Shown: in pieces, positions 41,301 to 48,816 of the stretch
Layout of the letters: every line of letters begins with the position of its first letter
Position numbering within the stretch: position 1 is the first letter of the stretch
DNA from: Actinomycetes bacterium
Lineage (GTDB): Bacteria > Actinomycetota > Actinomycetes > JACCUZ01
DNA length: 53,259 nucleotides
NCBI GenBank assembly: GCA_036375895.1
Contig: DASVBJ010000299.1
Coordinates: 1 to 53,259, forward strand
Direction of reading: 5' to 3'
Program-made: the position numbers and the translations under genes
Notes under the pieces: model-generated
Told to the model about the DNA's origin: nothing
What the model saw: the letters and a program-made list of their open reading frames with translations, nothing else
Database searches by the model: none

Positions 41301-42913
41301 GCGGACAGCAGGCGGGCCGCCTGGCCCAGGCCAGGGCCGCAGAGCACGTGCGCACCCCACGGCGGCTGCTCGCCCTCGCGCAGCACGCCGATCCCGCAGT
41401 CGCTCGCAGCCAGCGCTGCGGCCTCACGGCCGGAGACCACCAGCACCACGCGGCCGGACTCCTGCAGCTCTCGGACCGACCGACGTAACGCAGTACCACC
41501 GGCCACCGTCGCGCTGACATGCAGACGCGCGGCCACGCCGTACGACGCTCCGCCGACCACCAGGTCGGCCGCGTGCCGAGCGGTCGCCACCAGCGTCTCG
41601 GCGAGCGGGTCGAGTGCCCGCTCGGCGGCAACCACCGCCACCGCCGCGCCGCTGCGCGTCAGCAGCAACAACCGGCATCCCGGACGCCGGACCGCCCGTG
41701 CAGCTGCCCGAACCACCGGGTCGCGTTCCTCGTCCCGAACCAGCGGGCGCAGCCGCCACCGGCCGCGCGACGCAGGCGCCGTCGGGTCCCGCGGGTCGAG
41801 CAGCGCACGGGCGTGGGCGGACACGTCGGCGCGAAGGTCACCGTCGAGCGGCATGACTGCCGTGGCCGCCCACGCGCGGCCCATCAGCAGGTCGGCGTCC
41901 AGCACGATCGTGTCGATGCGGTCCAGCCTCCGCAGCACCTCGCTGTCCATCGCGACGACGTCCCGGGCGGCGAGCACGACACCGAGGTGGGCGGCGTAGG
42001 CCTCGCGTCCCAGCCGGGCGGCGCGCGGCGTGCTCGCGGCCAGCGCCGCCACCGCCGGTCGCCAGTCGCGGGTCGCCGCGAGCGCCGTCGCGGTGGCGGC
42101 CAGCCCCGCCACGGCCGCGCGGTCCGCGTGCCGCTCCACCGGGCCAGCCGGCAACGGGACCGGTCGCGGCTCGTACGGCACACCGGACCCCGGCCCGCGG
42201 CCCGGCAGACCGTGCAGCTCGGGCTCGCGGCGGTGCCAGGCCGCGCGGCGAGCCAGGATCTCGCGCACCATGACGCCGCGGTGGGTCGCGTCGGCGAGCA
42301 ACCCCGTCGGCCCCTGCGCGAGACCTTGCGCGACCGCGCTGGCCAGCGCCAGCCCGACGTCCGCAGTGGCACGGCCGATGACGTTCTCCAGCTCACGGCG
42401 CAGCCGAGGCGAGGCATCGACCAGCGCCAGTAGCGACGCGACCTCCGTCGAGAGCGGCGCCGACCGGGCGACCTTGAGCACCGCGCCGACGCTGATGCCC
42501 AGTGCGTCGGCGCCCAGGGCCACCAGCTGGCGGTCCAACGGCTCACGGTCGCCAGGGTGCTCGGCCCGGTCGGTCGGGAACCGCTCCTGCGCCAGCTCGT
42601 GGGTCTCCTCGACCCCCTCGACCACCTCGACGAGGTCGTCGAGGTCGAGCTGGCCGTCGTCGAACGCCACGACGACCCGCCCGAGCACCTCGTTGACCTC
42701 GGCCCAGTGCACTCCCGGCAAACGGGACAGCTCACCGACGACCTCGTCGCGCAACCGCTCGCGCTCGGGCAGGTGAGAACCGCGCACCTCGAGGTGCGCC
42801 CGACCGTGACCGACCCAGGCACGGCGCGCGCGCCGACCCGAACCACCGCGCAGCGTGAGCTCTCGGGCGACGGTGCGGACCGGCGTCAGCAGCGTCGCAA
42901 CACCCGGCAGCAC
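38327..42913 (-). CDS. giant P-type cation-transporting ATPase (CtpH/CtpI-like) with ~608-aa N-terminal degenerate ATPase-like extension
   Basis: 1528 aa. The C-terminal ~920 aa carry TGES (LTGESQLV), PEGLP, CFDKTGTLTEGRM and VTGDGANDAPAIRLADVGVALG. The N-terminal region has an HMA-like beta-alpha-beta segment without CxxC, and degenerate P-domain motifs. GTG start at 42913. Confidence 0.88.
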   Translation of the reverse strand: MLPGVATLLTPVRTVARELTLRGGSGRRARRAWVGHGRAHLEVRGSHLPERERLRDEVVGELSRLPGVHWAEVNEVLGRVVVAFDDGQLDLDDLVEVVEGVEETHELAQERFPTDRAEHPGDREPLDRQLVALGADALGISVGAVLKVARSAPLSTEVASLLALVDASPRLRRELENVIGRATADVGLALASAVAQGLAQGPTGLLADATHRGVMVREILARRAAWHRREPELHGLPGRGPGSGVPYEPRPVPLPAGPVERHADRAAVAGLAATATALAATRDWRPAVAALAASTPRAARLGREAYAAHLGVVLAARDVVAMDSEVLRRLDRIDTIVLDADLLMGRAWAATAVMPLDGDLRADVSAHARALLDPRDPTAPASRGRWRLRPLVRDEERDPVVRAAARAVRRPGCRLLLLTRSGAAVAVVAAERALDPLAETLVATARHAADLVVGGASYGVAARLHVSATVAGGTALRRSVRELQESGRVVLVVSGREAAALAASDCGIGVLREGEQPPWGAHVLCGPGLGQAARLLSALRPAARASSLGVTLATYGSGVGAILALAGPRRDAAARAMLGVNAASVASIATGVYLARQVGLRPDPIPVDITPWHELDRDAALRALGSGQEGLSAQEAQARLRRRPPDDEEETPTVVGASLEELANPLTPALAGGAGLSAVGGSVTDAVLIGSVMSVNALLGGLQRVGAQRALRKLVDVSAVRVKLLRGGEDTTVTADHLVDGDLITVEAGDAVPADARIIEAAGVEVDESSLTGESQLVRKMSSPVASAALADRRNMLYEGTTVAAGRAVGVVVATGPGTEVGRAARAAAGPRRPGGVQARLQKLTAATVPLALGAGVGLVGAGLLRGVPINRTLGTGVSLAVAAVPEGLPIVAGLAQLSAAKRLARQGALVRSSSTVETLGRVDVLCFDKTGTLTEGRMSLHAVWPADAAERGPEGRGPGARAADAGAAGTPLSALDDAGRAVLAAGLRATPQAKAGGRLPHPTDRAVLRAARHADVTPDAEVASWQPAAELPFESARGFHAVLGTTSAGPLISVKGAPEIVLPRCSDIRRAAASRPLDDEARARVEDEVEQLARHGFRVLAVAERDASGRGDLDDERVGRLGLVGLLAFSDPVRASAAAAVRGVLEAGVRVVMLTGDHPSTAEAIAAELGILDGTVVTGSEVDRRGDDELAELLARGSVFARVSPEHKVRIVRVLQDRGRVVAVTGDGANDAPAIRLADVGVALGRRGTNAAKEAADLVVTDDALETIIAAIVEGRATWTSVRDAVGVLLGGNLGEIGFTVATGLLPGGPALNARQLLLVNLLTDLLPSTALAVRPPRSRSPEDLLREGPDASLGQALVRDVLIRGALTAAAAGGGWAAARVTGTAGRASTVALVALVGAQLGQTAVLGLHSPLVLGASVVSAAALAGIVATPGVSHFFGSRPLGPVGWTIGLTAAGTATAASLLVPAVVRWALPEPTVQAPEPSAQSMAQPRPSVATLPAPRQAAEPESGVHPAAGGGDAPGSTDA

Positions 42914-42942
42914 TCGTTCACGCTAAGGACCAGGCCACGGCC

Positions 42943-42952
42943 GTGACGTCAC
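42943..42952. promoter_or_regulatory. 10-bp perfect palindrome GTGACGTCAC, 30 nt upstream of the ATPase start
   Basis: Read directly in the 167-bp ABC-to-ATPase intergenic region. Candidate operator only. Confidence 0.2.
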
Positions 42953-43023
42953 CCGCTCTGGGTGAGGCAGGTGCCGGCGAGGCGTGGTCGCGATCCGGGA
43001 CGGCGGACCTGCGCATCCGCGAC

Positions 43024-43050
43024 CATCAGCTGGCCCGGAGCCGGCTGATG
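43024..43050 (-). terminator. stem-loop 30 nt downstream of the ABC ATPase-2 stop
   Basis: CATCAGC(T)GG, loop CCCGGAG, then CC(G)GCTGATG. Seven perfect pairs extend to 10 with one mismatch. No U-tract. Confidence 0.4.
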
Positions 43051-43080
43051 ACCCGACCGCAGCCGCGGCAGCGGCGGTCC

Positions 43081-43746
43081 TCAGTCCTCGAGCCGCCCGT
43101 CGTGCAGGTGCAGCAACCGGTCGCAGCGGTCGGCGACCTCCTGGTCGTGGGTCGCGACCACGATCGCGGCCCCGGCGTCGGCCTGCGCCCGCAGCGCCTC
43201 CACCACGACGTCGCGGTTGTCGCCGTCGAGCTCGGAGGTCGGCTCGTCGGCGATCACCAGGTCGGCCCGGCAGGCCAGGGCCCGGGCCACGGCGACCCGC
43301 TGGCGCTGGCCGCCGGAGAGCTGGCCCACGAGCCGGTCGGCGACGGGCGCGACCCCGACGGCGGCGAGCGCCGCCGCGATGCGCTGGTCGGCCGCCTCGC
43401 CGTGCACGCCGCGGGCCTGCAGCGCCAGGTCGACGTTCTCCGCGGCCGTGAGCACGGCGACCAGCCCGTAGTTCTGCGGGACGTAGCCGACGCGCAGCAG
43501 GTGCCGGTGGTCGTGCGGCCGCACCGGCTCGCCGGCGTAGCGCACGACGCCCTCCCCCGGTGCCATGACGCCGGCAAGCAGGCTCAGCAGCGTGGTCTTG
43601 CCCGCGCCGGACGGCCCCATGACACCCAACAGCTGGCCCGGCGCGCAGGACAGCGAGACCGTGTCGAGCACGGCCCGCCCTCCACGGCGTACGACGAGGC
43701 CATCGGCCACCAGCTCGTGGCCCGTCGACTGCACCGCCATCGTCAT
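43081..43746 (-). CDS. ABC transporter ATP-binding protein 2
   Basis: 221 aa from ATG 43746, which overlaps the upstream stop (ATGA). Motifs are Walker A GPSGAGKTT, signature LSGGQRQRV, Walker B LVIADEPTSELD and H-loop VVATHD. Confidence 0.9.
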   Translation of the reverse strand: MTMAVQSTGHELVADGLVVRRGGRAVLDTVSLSCAPGQLLGVMGPSGAGKTTLLSLLAGVMAPGEGVVRYAGEPVRPHDHRHLLRVGYVPQNYGLVAVLTAAENVDLALQARGVHGEAADQRIAAALAAVGVAPVADRLVGQLSGGQRQRVAVARALACRADLVIADEPTSELDGDNRDVVVEALRAQADAGAAIVVATHDQEVADRCDRLLHLHDGRLED

Positions 43747-44603
43747 CCCGTCTCCTCCATCCGCGTGATGCGCAGGCCGTCCTCCTCGCGGTGGACGCGC
43801 ACCAGCGTCCCCGGCGGCCACTCGTCGAGCAGCTCCTCGGGCAGGTGCACCGAGCCGTCCTTGTCGACGACCGAGAACTGCTCACCGCGCCGGCCCTCGG
43901 TGCCGACCCGGCCGCCCCGCATGGTGACCGTGCGACCGAGGTGCAGGCCGACCTCGGGGTCGTGGGTGACCAGCACGACGGTCGTGCCGAACCGCTCGTT
44001 CACGCGGGTGAGCAGGTCGAGCACCTGGGCCCGGGCCGGCGCGTCGAGCTGGGAGGTCGGCTCGTCGGCGAGCAGGACGCCCGGGCCGTTGGCCACGCCC
44101 ACCGCGACCGCCACGCGCTGCTGCTCGCCACCCGAGAGCGAGGACAGCCGGGCCCCGGCGAGGTCCCCGAGCTCGAGCGACTCGAGCAGCTGGCGCGGCC
44201 CCGGCACGTCCTTCCCGCGGTCCTTGCGGGCGGCGCGTTGCGCGAACCGCACGTTCTCCTCGGCCGTGGCGAACGGCAGCAGGTTGCGCGCCGCGCCCTG
44301 CAACACCATGCCGACCGACGACGCCCGCATCCCCAGCAGCTGACGCTCGGTCATCTTGCCCACGTCGTGCGAGCCGACGAGCAGCCGCCCGGCCGACGGC
44401 CTCAGCAGGCCGCCGATGAGGTTGAGCAGGGTCGACTTCCCCGAGCCCGAGGGGCCCAGCAGGGCCACCCGCTCGCCCGCCTCGACGTCGAGGTCGACGC
44501 CGCGCAGGGCGACGACGTCGTTGCCCTCGACCCGGTAGATGTGGACGAGCCCGTCGCTGCGGACCGCGAGGCCGCCTCTCGTCTCGGTCACGGTCGCCGT
44601 CAT
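43743..44603 (-). CDS. ABC transporter ATP-binding protein 1 with ~40-aa C-terminal AbrB/SpoVT-like extension
   Basis: 286 aa from ATG 44603, which overlaps the permease stop (ATGA). Motifs are GPSGSGKST, LSGGEQQRV, VLLADEPTSQLD and LVTHD. The extra tail is FSVVDKDGSVHLPEELLDEWPPGTLVRVHREEDGLRITR. Confidence 0.88.
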   Translation of the reverse strand: MTATVTETRGGLAVRSDGLVHIYRVEGNDVVALRGVDLDVEAGERVALLGPSGSGKSTLLNLIGGLLRPSAGRLLVGSHDVGKMTERQLLGMRASSVGMVLQGAARNLLPFATAEENVRFAQRAARKDRGKDVPGPRQLLESLELGDLAGARLSSLSGGEQQRVAVAVGVANGPGVLLADEPTSQLDAPARAQVLDLLTRVNERFGTTVVLVTHDPEVGLHLGRTVTMRGGRVGTEGRRGEQFSVVDKDGSVHLPEELLDEWPPGTLVRVHREEDGLRITRMEETG

Positions 44604-47600
44604 CCGCGTGCCTCTCTCAACCGGTCGGGCGCACCCGCGCGGACCACGGCGCGCGCGCTGCCGTGGGCGACCGCCCCGCACAACGCGAGCACGATCGCGG
44701 CCAGGACCAGGATCGCGACGTACGCCGGGGACAGCGCGAGCGGCGGCCCGTTGCCGTCGGCCTTGGCCAGCGGGTACGCAGGCAGCGCCAGCCACGCGGC
44801 CAGCACGCCGGCTGCCGCGCCGAGCACCGTCCCGGAGCCGAGCAGCCACCACTGCTCCCGCGTGAGTGCCCCCACGAGGGCACGGGACCGGACACCCAGG
44901 GAGCGCATCGCCGCGATCTCGTACGCGCGGTGCCGGGCGCTGACGTAGACCATCGTCGCCGCGGCGGCCAGCGCGAGGAAGACGGAGGCGAGCGCCGCCG
45001 CGAGGAACAGGCGGAGCGCCAGCGCCGACCCCTGCCGGTCCAGCGCCGCCCGCACGGCGGCCTGCCGCTCCACGCGGACGGTGCGCAGACCGCCGGCCGC
45101 CAGGGCCTCCCGCACGGACGCCGGGGTGCCGGGAGCAAGCCATACCTGCTGGTCGACCAGGCTGTCGGGGTCGGCCGCCGCGCGCTCGGCGTACGACAGG
45201 TCGGTGAGCAGACCCTGGCGGCCCGCGCGCGGCAGGACCTCGACCGACCCCACGACGGTGGTGAGCTCCTGCGCCCCGTCCAGGGCCGTGCCCAGCGCCG
45301 CGCCCTTGATCGCCGGGACCTCGGTCGGCGGCGCGCTGCGGACCGCGACCACCGGCAGCAGAGCCGGCGTGTCGACGGGTGCGACGGTGGGGATCTCGCT
45401 GCTCTCCGTCGCGAAGGTGACCTGCAGCCCGCTACCGGAGGCACCGGTCGTCGCGGGCAGCTCCTCGGTGGGGTCGGCGAGGTTCTTGCGCACCGGGCTC
45501 CAGCGCCCCTCGGCGCCGAGGCCGGCGTCCACCGTGCCCTTGTCCGTGCGCACCGACTGCACGGTCAGCCGGCCGGCGGCGGGCGCGAAGTCACCGAGGT
45601 CACGCTCGACCGCGAGGTCCTCGAGCCGGCAGCCGCCGGCGCACGGCGGCAGCGAGCCGGCGTAGTCGTGGACCCCCGGCCTCAGCCGGCCCAGCGGCAC
45701 GGCGACCCGGCCGGAGTCGGCCTTGACGTGCACGGAGAGGTAGGTCGGGGTGCGCGGCAGCTCGTCGGCGCGCACCTGCAGCCGCACCGCCTTGCCCTCG
45801 AGCATGACCGGCTCCGGTGCCGGTGCGTGCAGCCGCCGAGCCAGCTCCGCGAGGGAGACGCCCGACCACTCGGGCACCCACGAGGCGACCCGGGCGAGCC
45901 GCTCGGTGTCGACGGCCACCACGCGGTTGGGTCCCGTGCCACCGTTGGGGACGAGCTCGGCGACGGCCATCGCGTGCCGCCCGGAGGGGTCCGCGGCGCG
46001 GACGGCCTGCACCAGCCGGAGCGTCGACGGCGCGGCGACGTGGATGACCTCGGCCGCCCCGACCTCCTGGGCCGCGAGGTGGTCGCGGTTGCGCCCGGCC
46101 ACCTGCCAGGCGTCGACCGCGAACGTCGCGAGCGAGGCGGCCACACAGACGAGCACGACCACCCGCAGCGCGGCCGGTCGCCGCGCGACGTGCCGGGTGG
46201 CGAGGAAGGCGCCGATGCGGCGCGGCCTCCTCGTACGTCGGTGCATGGACCGCGCGAGCACCGGCACGACCCGACCGCCCAGCAGCCCCGCGGCGAGCGC
46301 CACCAGCCCGGGCGTGAGAAGCGCGAGCCCGTCGGTGGGGTCGGCACCGCCCCCGGTGGTGCGGACGAGCTGGTAGACGCCGGCGCCGGCGAGGACGAGG
46401 ACCATCGCGTCGATCACGACCGGTCGGCGGATGCGGGCGCTCTGGTCCACCTCCCCGAGCAGCTGCTCGAGCAGCGGCCGGGTGAGCAGCGCGCGAGCCG
46501 CGAGACCGGCCGCGACGGCCGCCCCCATCGCGGCCGCGAGCGCCCACAGCGTGACGGTCGGGCCCAGCGTCACCGGGGTGCCGGGCAGCAGGAACGCGCC
46601 GGTCATCCGCCAGGCCGCGGCGAAGCCGGCCAGCAGCCCCAGCGGCAGCGCGAGCAGGAGCAGCAGGAGCGGCTCGGCCAGCCCGAAGGACGCGGTCGAG
46701 GTCGGCGAGAGGCCGCGCAGCTTGGCGAGCGCGATCTCGTCGGAGCGCTCCTCGACCGTGTTGGCGACGACGAGGTACAGCACGAACCACGTGAGCAGCA
46801 CCAGCTGCACGGTGGCCAGCAGGGCGGAGAGGGTGACGGACTTCCGGTCGTCCTTGATCTGCGCGACCACGTCGGTGAGCTGGGCGGTCGGGACGACGAC
46901 CTCCGGGCCTGCTGCGAGCTCCCGCCGCAGCGAGGTGAGCCGGTCGGCCAGCACCTGCAGGTCGTCGAGCCGCACCCGGTCGAGGAGCAGCGGGCGCTCG
47001 GCGTCCGCGTAGACGCCCGCCTGTCCGGCCCTGAGCATCGCCTGCTGTGACACGAACACGGTGTCGAGCCGGTCCGGGCCGTCGTCGGCCGCCTGCTGGG
47101 CGTCGGCGTAGTTGTGGCCGAACCACACCGAGGACTCGGGGTCCGTGACCTCGTACAGCCCGACGATCCGCAGCGTCTGGGAGCTCGCGCCCACCCCGAT
47201 GGTCAGGGGCTTGCCCACGCCGAGGTGCAGGTAGGCCGCGGCCGGCTTGCTGAGGACCGCCTCGGCCGCACCCGTGGCGCAGCGACCCTCGACGAACCTC
47301 AGCGCCGCGCACTGGGAGTCCCGCCAGGCCAGCCGCGCCACCGCCGCCGGACGGGTCAGGCCCGGCAGCCGGATCGCGGCGCTGGGCTGGGTACGCAGGG
47401 CCAGGTGCGCCGGTCCGAAGTAGTGGTCGAGCCGGCGGTCGGCTGCGGCCCGGCGCACCGAGCCGAGCAGCTCGTCCGGCGCGACCGGCGCCCGCTCGCT
47501 GTTGCGCGTCAGCGTCACCCCGGTCTGGCTGACGTCGGCCGCGGCGAGGTGCTCACGCAGCAGCGACTCCTCAGCCGCCCGGCCGTACATGGGTCCCACC

Positions 47601-47710
47601 ACCGCCGCCGAGATGGCCAGCGTCGCGATGAGCAGGATGGTCAGGGACAGGCCCTTGCGCCACCACACGGCGCGCAGCGCCAGCCGAACGGCATGCAACG
47701 AGACCCCCAT
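44600..47710 (-). CDS. fused double-FtsX-domain ABC permease with two large extracytoplasmic domains
   Basis: 1036 aa from ATG 47710 (MGVSLHAVRLALRAVWWRKGLSL, a typical FtsX-family N-terminus). There are two TM, large loop, 3-TM modules. The TTG at 47803 is the alternative ORF start. Confidence 0.82.
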   Translation of the reverse strand: MGVSLHAVRLALRAVWWRKGLSLTILLIATLAISAAVVGPMYGRAAEESLLREHLAAADVSQTGVTLTRNSERAPVAPDELLGSVRRAAADRRLDHYFGPAHLALRTQPSAAIRLPGLTRPAAVARLAWRDSQCAALRFVEGRCATGAAEAVLSKPAAAYLHLGVGKPLTIGVGASSQTLRIVGLYEVTDPESSVWFGHNYADAQQAADDGPDRLDTVFVSQQAMLRAGQAGVYADAERPLLLDRVRLDDLQVLADRLTSLRRELAAGPEVVVPTAQLTDVVAQIKDDRKSVTLSALLATVQLVLLTWFVLYLVVANTVEERSDEIALAKLRGLSPTSTASFGLAEPLLLLLLALPLGLLAGFAAAWRMTGAFLLPGTPVTLGPTVTLWALAAAMGAAVAAGLAARALLTRPLLEQLLGEVDQSARIRRPVVIDAMVLVLAGAGVYQLVRTTGGGADPTDGLALLTPGLVALAAGLLGGRVVPVLARSMHRRTRRPRRIGAFLATRHVARRPAALRVVVLVCVAASLATFAVDAWQVAGRNRDHLAAQEVGAAEVIHVAAPSTLRLVQAVRAADPSGRHAMAVAELVPNGGTGPNRVVAVDTERLARVASWVPEWSGVSLAELARRLHAPAPEPVMLEGKAVRLQVRADELPRTPTYLSVHVKADSGRVAVPLGRLRPGVHDYAGSLPPCAGGCRLEDLAVERDLGDFAPAAGRLTVQSVRTDKGTVDAGLGAEGRWSPVRKNLADPTEELPATTGASGSGLQVTFATESSEIPTVAPVDTPALLPVVAVRSAPPTEVPAIKGAALGTALDGAQELTTVVGSVEVLPRAGRQGLLTDLSYAERAAADPDSLVDQQVWLAPGTPASVREALAAGGLRTVRVERQAAVRAALDRQGSALALRLFLAAALASVFLALAAAATMVYVSARHRAYEIAAMRSLGVRSRALVGALTREQWWLLGSGTVLGAAAGVLAAWLALPAYPLAKADGNGPPLALSPAYVAILVLAAIVLALCGAVAHGSARAVVRAGAPDRLREARG

Positions 47711-47713
47711 GAG

Positions 47714-47737
47714 TAGAGCGAGACCGAGAGCGAGACC
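47714..47737. repeat. 12-bp tandem direct repeat x2 (AGAGCGAGACC core) just upstream of the permease start codon
   Basis: AGAGCGAGACC occurs at 47715-47725 and 47727-47737, read directly. It starts 5 nt from the ATG at 47710. Confidence 0.7.
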
Positions 47738-47820
47738 AGGGACCGGGGCTGGCGTGCCGTCGGCCCGCCGCGCAGACTTGCAGCAGGTATGTCGCCTCGG
47801 CAACGACCGTTGCTAGATCG

Positions 47821-48816
47821 TTAGACCGCCCCAGCGGGCGGTACGCCGTGTCGGGTGAGCCCCTCGAGCAGCAGGTCCGCCGCGGCGTACGGGTCGAGCT
47901 CGCCGCCCACCACCCGGTCCGCCACGTCGTCGAGCGCGTGGCCCGAGCGCAGGTCGCCCATCCGCTCGCGCAGCGAGGTGACGGCGATCGACTCGACCTC
48001 GTCTGCGGCCCGGCGGTGCCGCCGCATCCGCAGCGTGCCCGTCTCCTCGAGCCAGCGACGGTGCTTCTCCAGTGCCTCGACCACCTCGTCGATGCCCTCG
48101 GCGCGGGAAGCGACGGTCTTCACGATCACCGGACGCCAGTCGCCGGGCTGTCGGCTCTCCCCCAGGGTGAGCATGTGCCGCAGCTCGCGCAGCGTCGCGT
48201 CTGCCCCCTCGCGGTCGGCCTTGTTGACGACGTAGACGTCGCCGACCTCGAGGATGCCGGCCTTGGCCGCCTGGATGGCGTCGCCCATGCCCGGCGCGAG
48301 CAGCACGACGGTGGTGTCCGCGAGCCCGGCGATCTCCACCTCGGACTGGCCCACCCCGACGGTCTCGACAAGGATCACGTCGCACCCGGCCGCGTCCAGC
48401 ACGCGCAGCGCCTGAGGTGTCGACCACGACAGCCCGCCGAGGTGGCCGCGGCTCGCCATCGACCGGATGTAGACGTGCGGGTCGGTGGCGTGGTCCTGCA
48501 TGCGTACCCGGTCGCCCAGCAGCGCACCGCCGGAGAACGGCGACGACGGGTCGACGGCGAGCACCCCGACGCGCTTGTCCTGGGCGCGGAACGCAGTGAC
48601 CAGGGCACTGGTCGACGTGGACTTCCCGACCCCGGGCGCACCGGTCAGCCCGATCACGACGGCGTTGCCGCCGTAGGGCATCAGCGCGGCCATCACCTCG
48701 CGCAGCAGCGGCGAGGCGTCCTCGACGAGCGAGATGAGCCGGGCGACGGACCGGGGATCGCCGGCCCGTGCCCGCTCGACGAGGTGTGGGACGTCGGGGC
48801 TCTGCCGAGCGCTCAC
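47821..48816 (-). CDS. meaB: methylmalonyl-CoA mutase-associated G3E GTPase
   Basis: 331 aa with Walker A GAPGVGKSTS, VETVGVGQSE and NKADR (NKxD). GTG start abuts the thiolase stop. Confidence 0.92.
   Translation of the reverse strand: MSARQSPDVPHLVERARAGDPRSVARLISLVEDASPLLREVMAALMPYGGNAVVIGLTGAPGVGKSTSTSALVTAFRAQDKRVGVLAVDPSSPFSGGALLGDRVRMQDHATDPHVYIRSMASRGHLGGLSWSTPQALRVLDAAGCDVILVETVGVGQSEVEIAGLADTTVVLLAPGMGDAIQAAKAGILEVGDVYVVNKADREGADATLRELRHMLTLGESRQPGDWRPVIVKTVASRAEGIDEVVEALEKHRRWLEETGTLRMRRHRRAADEVESIAVTSLRERMGDLRSGHALDDVADRVVGGELDPYAAADLLLEGLTRHGVPPAGAV

Noticed and set aside
44663-47050. 795-aa plus-strand ORF, and the minus-strand out-of-frame ORF 45600-47312
   Set aside because: They are shadows of the FtsX permease gene.
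37616-47820. Classic genomic island or prophage interpretation of the transport block
   Set aside because: No integrase, transposase, tRNA or flanking direct repeats were found by eye. It is kept only as a low-confidence synteny observation in the findings.
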